From Psilocybe cubensis (lineage: Eukaryota), in assembly GCA_017499595.2 (NCBI GenBank), contig CM038999.1:248001-312000 (forward strand): DNA of 64,000 nucleotides. The letters run 5' to 3'. Every line of letters begins with the position of its first letter. Positions within the stretch are counted from its first letter, which is position 1. The notes below the pieces were generated by a model. That model worked only from the letters and a program-made list of their open reading frames with translations. It ran no database searches and was not told the DNA's origin. Both the position numbers and the translations under genes were made by a program. Below are positions 51,601 to 64,000 of the stretch, one piece after another.

Positions 51601-53564
51601 TCTTGGCATAAGTCACTATAGAGAATGCAATGGTGCGGTACGATTAGTATGAGGTCCAACAGCAATCTGACAAATGCTCACTCCAAACCGTAAATTCTCA
51701 AGTGGCGGACAGAGTAACTTACACCACCGTTTCTAGATATATTTATTCTATTTTTAGCCAATCGGTTGTTCATATTGCCTGAGGGGAGGAAGTGATTATG
51801 AAGACACGTTTTGTTCATTAGGCATCCTGACGTTAAGGAAACCTACTTCTGCCGTGCTCGGCTTCCACATCGTGTAGGACAATAACTAAATTTGGAAGAC
51901 AGGCTTAGCGCCAATAGAGGCTTGTGAGCATCATGATTATCCACGGACACGTCGGCCATGCCAGCAACTAGACAAAGAAGACATGTCATCATTTTTGAAC
52001 TCGAATTTCATTGAATCTGGGGACTCCACTCCCTCGATCGTGAGATAGATTTTTCTAACATGGTAGTGGCTAAGAGACGTTCAACTAGTTCCTCGCGACC
52101 TGCTCGTGACATGCGCTTGCAGGTTCCTCTGGCAATCTTCTTTTGCATCTTGGCTGGAAAAGCGATTGATTTCTCTGATATGGCATAGTGCCTTGACACC
52201 TTGACATCCAGCAGACATGCGGTACAACGGGTCATACTCGGCTGCATATCAGGCACCTTCTAGAGCCTCATTGTGCACTTATCGTGCAGAGTCATTTCCA
52301 TTTGTCAACCAATACTTGTCAGAGGTGCTACAGAGCGGAGGTTTTTGAACCTCTGATGCATTTGCTCTGCCTAGAAGGATTCAGACAAATGAGGTGATAA
52401 CTGTGATGCATGTTTTTCCTTCAAAGGGAAACCAGTGTTCTATAGCTTCCCGATGTAAACCTAACTACAGAGAGCATTGCGTTATTGGAGAACCCTTAAC
52501 TCCTTTTCTTTGTAGTGTATATTGTACCAGTGAGGACCAAAGACACCGTTTACTGCTGTATAGCTGAATTAAACATTAACACTTGGCAAACTGCTCTCTA
52601 TGTTATTAAAAACCCATGAAACAGCATCTCCTTCAAAGCAGTTTTCCCCGAAGCCGACGCCCCGAAGAAAGAGTATTAAGTGGGTAATGTATATCACACA
52701 AATTACGTAGGGCCTTCTCCCTCGAGCTAGAAATAACGTGGGCATCGTACCCATATATATCTCAGTCCCAACCAAAAGAACCTATCGCACCCAGAAACAG
52801 TGAAAACATGATCGTCTGACTCCGGGGTCCGGCATCCAAACACTCCCTAACGCATCACATTCGGAAATTGTAGTTATCGATCAGTCTTTGCGAATTTTCA
52901 ATTGGAGTAACAAAGATTCGTTCGGGAATATAGAAGGTTAACACTCCGGTTCGGCTTGAACGTGCTCTCCTCGAGGCGCAGTCAACCGAAAAATCTGAGA
53001 TAGGAACCGACAATTTCTCAATACCGATGTTATCAAAGTATGAGCCAGGTGATTCCTAATGATTCTGGTGTAGAGGTTATCTCACCAGTAAGAATGATAA
53101 ACCATTGAAAGTTAGTCAAAAACTTCTAACTGACATGATCCAGCCATACCACGTTGTTTAGCCCCAACATCGATTCCACTTTCATCTTGATCAGTGAGCT
53201 TCTAGACTATTTTTCCGTATGGAGCTAGAAAAATGTGCACGCACTGACGCCTGCTGAAGATTTCGATAGCATCGTGGCCGGAAAATCTCTGATAATCTTT
53301 GGTCGGACTTTAGTCCATCAACCCCTGGTTTCATTCGAACTTGATGATGTGCGTGCTTTCCTCTTTCATCATTTCCCACAAAGGCATCACTTTAGCTCTT
53401 TTTCCAATTCTTTGACCATTTGCATCCGTAAAATCATTCCAGCCGCCGGAATCATATTTAGGCGTTCCCTGACCCCCATTTCCTCTATCGTTCTCAACCT
53501 CGCTCTCATCGTTCAAGCACAGTCGTCCTCACGCCCACACTTGTACACAATCATTACCCACCTA

Positions 53565-54333
53565 ATGGCTACTCGCTATGTGCTCCCTTACTTCCTGGAA
53601 GACAAGACAGGTCGTCTCGATGGATCAGAGTTTGTAGACCTACATGATCGCATTCACCTTGTCTACAAACGCAAATCTCGCGACGCATCACGCATCGTCT
53701 ATGAGTTATACGATATCACCATGAACACATTCGAAGCGTTTCACGTTCCAGTGGTGACACTTTGCTTTGGTGCAGATCATTCGTTAGGAAGTGTTTGCTT
53801 TGCGCCGGGATCTGCGGGAGGAGGTGAACAATGGATGCACATGGGGCAGTATTTGTCACAGGTTAACAGTATTGCTGGGTTAATATTTGGTTCTTGACAT
53901 ATCTTGATGCCCTTTCTCAATTTGATTTTGTGATTTCAGATCCAGACTCAGGAGATTTTTCGCATCAGACGGCAACGAGTATAGGTGGGGGTATAGATTG
54001 GCTGAAGGAAACGAGTGGACGGTGAGCCAACTCTATAATTATGTCTCGTCGTATACCAGAATGCTTAACTTTTTGTTTTGGAAATATGATAGTGCACTAA
54101 CAGCAGTGGCACAATTGTATCCCATTACAATCTCAAAAGCCCAGGGGAGCCAACGTATCCCGGCTCTTCAGGATGCATGCTTACAGTCGAAGAAGATTAT
54201 GGACATCTTGCATGTGGTATGGCTGACAGATTCTTTCTCTCAGTAGCAACAATATATCTGATATTCACCCTTCACAGAAATGCTTGCTACTGTGATGATA
54301 ATGCGCCATATCGTTGAATACGACATATCATAA
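53565..54333 (+). CDS. Agaricomycete DUF6593-like hypothetical protein, 4 exons
   Basis: MATRYVLPYFLEDKTG...RRFFASDGNEYRWG...CMLTVEEDYGHLACEMLATVMIMRH; the 'F..SDG.EY.W' motif is typical of this family. Confidence 0.7.
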
Positions 54334-54777
54334 GATTCTATGTATATACACCCTAAACATAAGATGTGCGTTTTCATTTATCACTTAGCGATGTCGTACA
54401 ACATGGACATGAATATGGATAACAACTCCTCTCCAAAGCTTTACAATAACTTCTTTCAAATATTGTTGATAACTTGCCTTACACATTTCAACTGTAATAT
54501 ATCCGTCAATCAATCATCAGGTACTGGATCCACGATTAGATTAGATTAACTTTTTGCTCCGTCGGCCGAAAGCCCTTCGCAACGGCTAAATTTCTAATAT
54601 TTTTGAAAATATTCCAAAGCGACAAAGCCATATATAGATATTTATACTATATTTCTTACGAATTTCCCCCAAATGCCCATAATTCTGTCATCGTTCATCA
54701 CAATTGGCATCGCACACCTTCTCTTTGCACTGCCATTGTCAGTCCTCATTTCCTCTAGTGCTGAGGATATCAGGACT

Positions 54778-57700
54778 ATGGGGAATGATGAAGCCATGAA
54801 ATTCCTTCAAGGTGAGTGCAGCAGTAGACTCTACTGACACTCCGCGTTACTAATGAGTTGTGAACTATACCTCAAGGAGGGCTGTTCAATGGTTCCAACT
54901 TCCAGAACTTCAAGGATGCCATGTTTATTGCATCTCAGGGCAATGTACAGGTATCAACCACGGATACAGATGCTACTGCAGGTTATAATCACCTTCTTTC
55001 GATCCATTTCCGCCTCATTGATGTCTTATTCGTACAGTAATCCGTAAACTTGCTGATTGGTTGACTCCCCTCAACTTCAGGGCAATCCACCGTGATGCTC
55101 TCTCCAAGAGCATCCATGGAACTGGCGAATGGTTGATCAAGAGCTCACAATTCAGCCTCTGGGTTGAACATCCGAATAGCTCATTGTGGATAGAGGGAAT
55201 ACGTGTGTGGCTCCTGGATCTATCTCTGCCTGTCGATACACTTATGCTTGTATTTAACAGCTGGCGCTGGAAAAACAGTTCTCATGTAAGAATCTACTTT
55301 CCACATAGCTACAGCTAACTTGTCGGTGTTTTGTAGGTCCATCGTCATTGACTACCTCGAGCATCAACTCTGTAGTGATAATGAAACTGTCGTATATATA
55401 TACTGCAGACACGACGACGAGCGCTCCATAACTGAGCTTCTAGCATCTCTGGTGAAGCAACTTATAGAAAATACGGACATGAATTCTCCTGTTTTTGCTC
55501 TGGTGCACGATATCTATGTCACGCACAAGAAGAGGGCAACTCTTCCGAACAAACATGAGTTCCTAGCTCTGTTGCACAAAGCATTTACCTTGTTCAACAA
55601 AGTCTACATTGTTCTGGACGCATTAGACGAAGCTCCAAATATCCACCAAGATCTTATTTCTACTCTGGCTGGTCTTCCTGCTTCCTTTCTCTTCTCATCA
55701 CGGCCAATGCAGCTGATCGATTTACCTAAAGACACTATCATTGTGTCGATTGGGGATCACAATCAGGACGATATCGAAGTATTCGTTCAGTCTAAGCTTC
55801 GGGAAAACTCGCATATCTCACGCGTTCTGCGGGGTCACGAAGAACATGTAGATGATATATGCACAAAAATCCATAAAACATCTGATGGAATGTACGTATT
55901 TTAGTACTTTGTTGTCGTTAATGAACAATTGTGTATCTGATGGTTGTTCCAGGTTTCTTCTCGCTGCTCTTCAAATCGAATCGCTTCGAGGATGTGGCAC
56001 CTTTAAAAAATTATCAAAAGCCCTTGATCTTCTGCCAGCTGACTTAGACTCCACATATCGCTCCGCGCTGTCAAGAATCGACAACCAGGAAGGCGACTTT
56101 CCTATCCTCGCGAAACGAGCCATTACTTGGCTTATCTACGCCCATAGACCCCTCACGGCGGCAGAGCTGATGGTCGCACTGGCAATAGAGGATATTGACA
56201 TGCCGTTTGACCACGACAACATCCCTCCACAAGATCTCATTGTCGCTGTATCGTGTGGGGTGATCGAAATTCAACAGGGCAGTGGGGTTATCCGCCTCGT
56301 CCGTAAGTCCAGATATGCTGTTAGACTGTGTACAAGACCGTCAGAAATTGACGAATTACAGACTACACAGCATATGACTTCTTCAGAAAACATGCAGAAA
56401 GCCTTGTTCCTTCGCCACATGCATACATCTCTACGAGCTGCATTATCTACCTGACCGCTCTGGGATTTACCAAAGGAAAAATCTCAACAATAACACAGTT
56501 TTGGAACTTTGTGCGACAAGGTCGGTTGATCGACTATGCATATCGCAACTGGATTTTTCACGCCCGTCAATGTGGGGATGAATCCTTTCCATTGGAAGCA
56601 GTCTCTAAATTTGTGCTGGAAACTGCTAGATATCCTGTTTTGTACAACGATTGGGATATGGAATTGTTCAAACCTTGCCATGTGGTTGCGTACTATGGCC
56701 TTCCAATTCCATTGCCATGGAACGATTTCTGTCGTTCGCGTACCTCCGACTATCATACTCCTCTCACTCTAGCTGCCACGAATGGTGTCGATACTATTGT
56801 CAACTCACTTCTTTTGTGTCCGGATATTGATATTAATGCGCAGACTCATTCTGGGGAAACTGCACTCATGCTCGCCTCTGCGAACGGCCATCATTCTATT
56901 GTTTTGGCTCTCCTGGCTTGTGACAATATCGCCGTTAATCTATCCAACAAACTAGGCTATACAGCACTCATCCAAGCTATTAGGAATGGCCACCATGCGA
57001 CTGTCGATTGTCTCCTTGCTTGGAAAGGCATCAATATCAACGGGCAAGTTGGGAATGCGATGACTCCGCTGATGTACGCATGTATGGGTGACGAGCAAGA
57101 TATTGCAATCAAACTTCTCTCGTTCGACGGTATTGACGTTAACGTGCGTGATGGGCGCGGGGACACAGTAATTTCATGCGCCATACAACGTGGTCACCAA
57201 TCTATCATTGACACAGTGCTATCGCTTCCTGGTATTGACGTGAATCCAACAAATTTACGAGGGGACACGCCTCTTATAATTGCATCTGAAAGGGGCAATA
57301 TTGCGGTTGTCAAAAGGTTTATCTCTTTGCGGCATATCAATATAAATCACCAGAATGTCTATGGCCATACAGCACTCATGCAAGCAGCATCTCAAAATCA
57401 TAATGCCATAGTTACAACCCTCCTTTCTTCTCTAGAAATCGACGTTAATCTGAAGGATTATAGTGGACGTACGGCACTTATGCATGCAACTCAGTTTGGT
57501 CGTTGCAGCGCCGTTGCTGCTTTGCTGTGTAATAGGCATGTTGATGCCAACGTTCAAACTCAGGAAGGATATACGGCGCTTATGCTTGCTTCTGGAAGCT
57601 CCGAGCAGAACATCAGTACTGTGAAACAACTGCTGTGCTTCGAAGGCATTGACGTCAATCTACGTAGCATCTACGGAGAAACAGCTCTTATGCGTGCCTC

Positions 57701-58421
57701 GTCTAGAGGTCACACGGAGATAGTGGGTTTACTTCTTTCGTTCCCAGGAATCAGGATCGATATGGAAGATAAACGTGGACGAACAGCCCTGTTTCTGGCA
57801 TGCCAATACGGCCATAGAGCCGTCGTGGACTCTTTGCTACAATTTTCAAAGCGACATAACATCACCATCGGCAAATTGAAAACCATTGACGGTGCAACAC
57901 CACTTTCCCTTGCATGTAAGGATGGGCATTCAGATTCAGGCATTATGAAACTATTGGACATTTTGCCTTGCCTCCGAGACATAGATATTAATCTGGATTA
58001 TTCCGAAGGAGAAACAGCCCTCATGCACATGTGTAAGCATGGGTATGAAAATACTGTCAAGGTCCTCTTGTCACACCCCAGTGTTGCCGTCAATCTACAA
58101 AACAGCAATGGGGAAACTGCGCTGATGCTTGCCTGCAGAAAAGGACGAATTGGTATTGTAACAGCCCTCCTCTCTGTTCCAGGCATCGATGTGAACTTGA
58201 AAAATAACCATGGCAGTACAGCGCTCATGTACGCCTCTTGGTATGGCGCAAATGAGGTTGTTGATGCTTTACTATCGTTGCCGGCGATTGATACTAATGC
58301 ATGCAATAACTTTGGAGATACTGCACTTTCTTACGCTATAACATATAACCATAAGATTGTTGTTGATGCCATCCAGAAACATACTTCAGACGACAATTGT
58401 AGCCCAAAGAAGGATACCTAA
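54778..58421 (+). CDS. Fungal NLR-like NACHT NTPase with C-terminal ankyrin repeats and only a ~46-aa N-terminus
   Basis: WLTPLNFRAIH..GTGEWL, P-loop GIP|GAGKT, Walker B VYIVLDALDE, GMFLLAALQI, and about 15 G.TALM.A...GH..VV..LL ankyrin repeats. Confidence 0.9.
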
Positions 58422-59195
58422 CTCTGACAAGTTGAACAGTAGCAGAAGGAGCCATTAGAATAACGTCTTGTAAAAATTCATCGGGATACATCTGAAGCGA
58501 ACAAAGCCAATCCTCGTTTTGGCTGGCTTGGTCGATTCACCAGATCACTCATGTGGTCCTTTTATCAAAGAAAAATACTCTAATTGTTACTATTTTTAAG
58601 TAAGATAAGGTGAACGTGCGTCTGCTACAATATTTAGCACGACAGCTGGTCCTGGTAGAAGTGGAGGTGAGATACTGATAAAGTTGCGAGACAACCCTCA
58701 CGGCCACGTCCACGCATACCTCGTCCGTCCCATCAATTATGCTTGGTCCACTCATTGATGAAATGATGGGATCACCGTAAACGCATTGACAAAGTCCACG
58801 CCATCAGAACCGAAAAGGAGTCACATGAAAAAACAGAATATCCTGAATTTGAAATTTAGCACACGAACTCATCGCAAGGAAAACACGATTTCGGGAGGTG
58901 CGGTGATTCTTCTTCTCTCCCTGTTTTTCCCTTGGGTTGTTGCTCTCTGCTAATATCTCTCATATCTCAGTCGAACCAAGTTCGACTGCGTACCTTTCTG
59001 CACTTGTGACCTCCTGGGTCTGGAAACGCCCACGCCCACGAGCACAGTCCTGCTTCTTCAGGGTTCCGCGGGCTTCTATAGTTGTTTCGACGACTTCCTC
59101 TCAGGGTCTACATTGTACGACTTCAACTCACCAGTGGCCGACTCGACGACGACGACGACGAAGGTCGATCGTTTTCTCATACAAAATCATCCTCA

Positions 59196-60532
59196 ATGGC
59201 CTCATCGATCTTGAGTATTTTCTCGTGCTGCCTGCGCAGGACCCCTGAATCCTCCATCTCCCCATACGTGAGATTTTCGGTTGCACGTCGTTAGTTGCTT
59301 CTAGGTGCTAATAGTCGCGTAGGATAATGGGCCTGACGAGCATTCACATCTAATTCCAGCGACAGAGGAGCCTGATCCTACGCCGTGAGTTCCATGCCTC
59401 TCGTCCTATTCTGAATGGGGGTCGGCAGGATGGATTCTCACCAGGGTGTTCTGCAGGTCGTCGCCGAGCGGTGCATATGTAATTGATCAACAAAGGATGA
59501 AAGAGAGGATGGAGAGGGTCGTTCGCGCGAAAGAAGGGTATGTGCTCATTTTTCGACCTTGTGTTCCATTTCCACCTCCACCATCGTCCTTCAATTTTTC
59601 TTCGTTTGCTTGAAATAGGTTTCTTAAACTAACCACATAATTGATTACCCTTCTATCTTCTCATTTCTTCCAATACATCCCCATTTTATATTCTGTCCGA
59701 ATGTTTGGGTCGCACTAACAGCAAAATGGTCAACGTCGCCGCTCGTCTCCCGTTTAACCTGCACAACAAAAAATCAAAGCATTCCTCGTTCTCGCGGTCG
59801 GGTACACACCTAGAGAGATCGACGTCGACGTCGACGCCGTCCACATCCTCGCCTTCGCGATCAGCATCTACATCCACAGGCACCTCGCGTTCGACGCGGA
59901 ATGTACACCGACCATCGCTAAACTTCACACCGTATTCGACTGGGAATGCGCATGGGAACGTCGGCGCACCGCTGACGCCTGCTACACCTGTGTTCCCGGC
60001 GTCGGTGCATGGAGGCATGCCTTCCCGCTCCTCGTCACGAGGTTCGAGGGACACATCGCTGCATGATCACGATTTCGATGACCCGGACAGGCCCATCCTC
60101 AACGTCCGGCTCGTCCGTGGGGTACCGTTCGCACCCTCACACTCATCATCATCTGCGGCAGCAGCGCGAGGACGTGGCAGGGGTCGCGGAGACGCGTTGC
60201 ATATGGACGGAAGCAGGCTGCGTGGGCGGCCAAAGCGGAAAGATATGGAGGGTTCACCGGATCTGAGACAAGATCACGAGGCGGGGCAGGCATTAGCGCC
60301 CGCGCACGAGCCATCCCGGTCCTCGTCGCGCTCGTCTGGGGCGTCGACGAGCTCCTCATCGCCATCGCCATCGCTGGCGTCCCCGTCGCCCGCTCGCAAG
60401 TTTACAACGGCTCCTGAATCTGACACAGAGCCGGCTGAACGGCCAACGTTGTATATCTCGCCTGTATCGATGAGCGGCGTGGGCTTCAAGCTGCAGGACG
60501 CGGGACCCCTCATCGTCAGCTGGGGCGACTGA
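59196..60532 (+). CDS. LAMTOR1/Ego1(Meh1)-like protein with a Ser/Arg-rich tail, 4 exons
   Basis: MASSILSIFSCCLRR..DEHSHLI..RMERVVRAKEGKMVNV: N-terminal di-Cys, an acidic dileucine-like signal and a V..KE..MVNV helix. The family call is inference. Confidence 0.6.
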
Positions 60533-61288
60533 GTCGGTGAAAATGTTTTTGGACACAACTCCAAACAACCTTTGACAACAGGCGATGTGTGCTCTTGTGC
60601 ACACATCCTTGTCATCATCATATCTTGGCAGGTCGACGCATGTCGGCTTTGAGGGTCTCCAGGACCCTCACAACCACCAAAACTACACCTCCACCTTCCT
60701 TTGCCACCAACGATCAATATATATCGCATATATGCGCGTCTACACATTCGTTACGCATGTTTCGTTATCGGGTTTACTCTACTCACACCTCAGTTCTTAT
60801 CTCTACTCATTCCTTTCAAAATCTCTACATACCCGCAATCCGAACTCGTACTAAATCACCGTATTCACGTACCGTATAGCACACTCTCAATGTAACGTCA
60901 ATTGCTCATTTCCGATCTTCCCTTTTCTTGCCATTGAAACCACTAGCCTGTTACTTAAGTGTATTTTTTTAACACAATATTGTCCTTGTTGCCGGATTTG
61001 AGGCTTGGGTGCAAGACGACGACGGGCGCCTACAGGGACAAGGAACTTCCCAATCAGGAAGTACTCTGCAACTAAAGGGGAGCTTCCCGCTCCTGGCTGC
61101 CAGTCTGAATAAACACTTAAACACTGTGGACTCAGCTAATAGTGCCCAAGGCTGAGTATTAGTATGGCTCCAGAAGAATCAACGCATAGTTCCTCTCAGG
61201 AGCAATGGAATACTTTCGAAAGCATTGCCAGTTTGTACCTCAGGTGAACAAACGCCCAGCCGCTAAACGAATTGTGGAGTAGCATTGT

Positions 61289-61374
61289 ATTTTTTTGGTG
61301 TTTATCCTATATCCGATCGTATATTCTACATATACATCGGTAATCCTTCTACGGATACCTCGGCCAGGAAAACA
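61289..61374 (-). ncRNA. Conserved structured 3' element, copy after tyrosinase 5
   Basis: Only ~55 nt after the stop codon; compensatory P4 GUAUAU-GUAGA-AUAUAC and P2 CCGA/UCGG. Confidence 0.6.
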
Positions 61375-61430
61375 TTTTGTTTTTATGCTGCTACTAGTGA
61401 GTACAAAATACTGGTTGGATTTCTTGTGTT

Positions 61431-63373
61431 TTACTCCTGCGCATGGGCAAGACGACTGCCCCCAATGCGCCCATGTGTAACGTCCGGATAGATCTTTGGC
61501 TTTCCCTCAGAGGGATATTCTGCACCACTTGAGAACGTCAGAGGCGTGCACAGCACTGTGACCTCAAGCGACGGGAATTTGTGAAGATCGACGACTTCTC
61601 CATTGGCCTAGATACTTAGGTTACAATCTGGACACACATGTTCAGCTAATTACTCGCCTTTATGACTCCCCAGCTGATATGATCCTTCAAATACGGAATG
61701 ACGACGTCAGGATCAAGGGATGCCTTCCTTGACCTCTCCAGATACTTCTTGTTGATATGTACAAAGCCCTTGATTATACTATCAGCATGTGCGGTGCAGT
61801 TGGCACATTGCTTGGGGTTCGTGTTGACGAAAGCGTCAAAGGATCCTGCAAATGCGGGATTGAAGAGCCATTCCTTGTGGTTGGAGGGCACTTTGTCTGC
61901 CAAGAAGATGTAAACGGAGAAGCTCTCTCCGACTTCGTATTTCTTGCATTCAACACGGACGCTCCATTCACGTTCAGTGTCCCTGATTGCTTTGGCTAAA
62001 AAAGAGTCAGACGAAAGGTAATAGTTGATCCGTAACAAGATGCTAACCTGCAACGCCTTCGCTATAATCAGATTGCGAAAGGTTGATTGCATTACCATAG
62101 CTATAGTTGAAGACCTGGCTGTTATCGATAATTTCTGGAGACTTCCAGTACGCATTTTGCGTTCTTCGGAACGGCAGTAAATCTGAAGCGCAAGGTGAAT
62201 GAAATTCCCTTTCCAATTTACATGATCACTTACCGGCTGCGTCTGGTGTCCAGACGTTGTGTGACCTGTGCCAGAGATCGATAACACGATCAACTTGTGC
62301 ATGATGCAGATAGAAAATTGGGTCAAAGGCTTATTTTCCTCGTTGTTAGCCATTGCATCATTTTGCGGTGAATATTTAGAATCAACATACCCGCTGTTTC
62401 GACGTATTGCATGTTACCCAAGGATCCTCCTGTTCTGATATGGATTGTGTCATGAATACTTTCCAGCCCATCCGTTCCGCTACTCCCAAGTGTGAACTCG
62501 TTCCAAGTACCAATTGACATAAGCCTTTGGGTATTGTATTCTATTTGAGGCCCCACAGCCTGGAGAGCGCTAGTACAGCGAAAGAATGTGGGTCATAAGG
62601 AACGATAATCAAGACAAACTCGGCGTACTTTCGAAGTTGATCCGGTTGACTATTACCGAATGCATCCGGATATCGTGTAGTGCTGGGCCAAGTATTAAAA
62701 GGGGCTATTAATACCGAGTTAGCGCCCGCTGGGTATGTGTATTTCAAGAACGGGTTCTCAACAGCCACCGTGGCCGGACTGTCGGGCTTCAAGATGTCTA
62801 CGGTAGGCAAAGTTGTGACCTGAAGAGGAGGAACCATCGTTGCAACCTTATCCCATCCCCAGTATGGCTGGCGCAGGGCAGCTGCTGCAGTCTCCCATGC
62901 TGGACGGTCATAGGTATATGTTGCAGCAAGTTCGCGTGCGATTCTCTGTATTTCTTGCTGTAATTCCAAGTCAGCATCAGAATGTAAGAGGTCGCGGTGA
63001 TAGGTTTACCTCAAAGAGGACGATGTATGGCCGATGCCAGGTAGGGAAGAGAGGGGTACCGTGGACACAGTACCCAGTCCCAAAACTGGGCGTGCCATTC
63101 CAATCGACATACGGTTGGCCATGAATTCCACCGATTTGCCAGTGGGATACCACGTCTGTTCTGTCTCTATTGTAATAAATTTCTGATATTAGGAAGAGAT
63201 TAGAAATTTCCACTGTAGCTAACTATCTTCTCAGAATGCTCACGAAGCGCTTGGACATATAGTGAAAATTGACGAATGTCGTTGACGAATGTGGCAATTT
63301 CAAGTCGTGGATGGGCGAGTTGAGTAGGCGGTGGCCGCGGCAGAGCCCCTTCAACAACGACGTGCTGGGCCAT
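61431..63373 (-). CDS. Tyrosinase / polyphenol oxidase paralog 5
   Basis: GIHG...[27 protein letters not shown]...[24 protein letters not shown]. Confidence 0.95.
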
Positions 63374-64000
63374 GGAGGTAGCAGTAAAGGATGAAGATAT
63401 TGAGTGGGTCGCTGATAGTAAAAAGAGGAGAGAAACGATGCATTTCAAGATGGGTGTATCGCTGTTTTTAAGTTGTTCTTGAGAGTGGTTTTACCAAAGG
63501 GTAGCCTCGCCTGGCATACCCTGAAGTGCATAAAACACACCATGTGCCCACAACGGCTTGACATCGTGAATTTTCGCAAACACTCTTCGGTTGCCACTAC
63601 TGCCACAGCTCAAGCTAGCATGAGATATTCCGCAGACAACTTAGTTGTTTTGTGCGTTCTACATTCCACGCCATCTGAAGCGTTCGGAGTAAAAAAAATC
63701 AAACCTGCCGTTTCGTTGTAGGAATATAGAATGTGCATTGCAAATGACAAATGCCCAGTCTTGTCACAGATTACATGTAAAAGTAGCTGTGTAAAGGCAG
63801 TGGCCGAGAATTTTTATATATTATTCCGTAAGTAGAGAGGTGAATGATAGCAGTTCAGTTGGGCTGATGCCTAATTTTGGATAGGTGCCTTAAGATTCAA
63901 TCATTCCACCAAATCATTTCACTAACTAACATTGCGCACCTGAGTCATAACTTAAACACGTTGTACATACTGTGTTATAATTAAGTAGACAGAAAATCGC

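Noticed and set aside
49860-52800. Short ORFs and splice-like signals right of the MITE
   Set aside because: No coherent exon chain or recognisable domain could be built.

Overview
Intron-rich fungal genomic DNA, most likely an agaricomycete (basidiomycete) judging from the ~50-60 nt GT-AG introns and gene content. The window holds five dispersed paralogous tyrosinase (type-3 copper, PPO) genes: three tandem on the minus strand at 19.6-29.8 kb, one on + at 39.5-41.5 kb, and one on minus at 61.4-63.4 kb. It also has a Zn2Cys6 transcription factor, an amidohydrolase-3 gene, a DUF202 membrane protein, a PWWP chromatin protein, a DUF6593-like protein, a NACHT-ankyrin NLR, a LAMTOR1/Ego1-like gene and an intron-containing tRNA-Trp. 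Mobile elements are a full-length Ty1/copia retrotransposon with identical LTRs nested in a 453-bp TIR element, and an 846-bp element with a 9-bp TSD. The best candidate for something undescribed is an ~87-nt element found 55-180 nt after the stop codon of every tyrosinase paralog. It is better conserved than its flanks and shows compensatory and wobble changes that support a sense-strand three-way-junction RNA with a GUAGA loop. Other leads are a 52-nt intron in the copia ORF that would switch Gag-Pol to Gag, a putative amyloid-signalling motif shared by the NLR and an unrelated gene, and an AT-rich fragment that reads open only in the mitochondrial code. All exon models and alignments were made by eye and no database searches were run.
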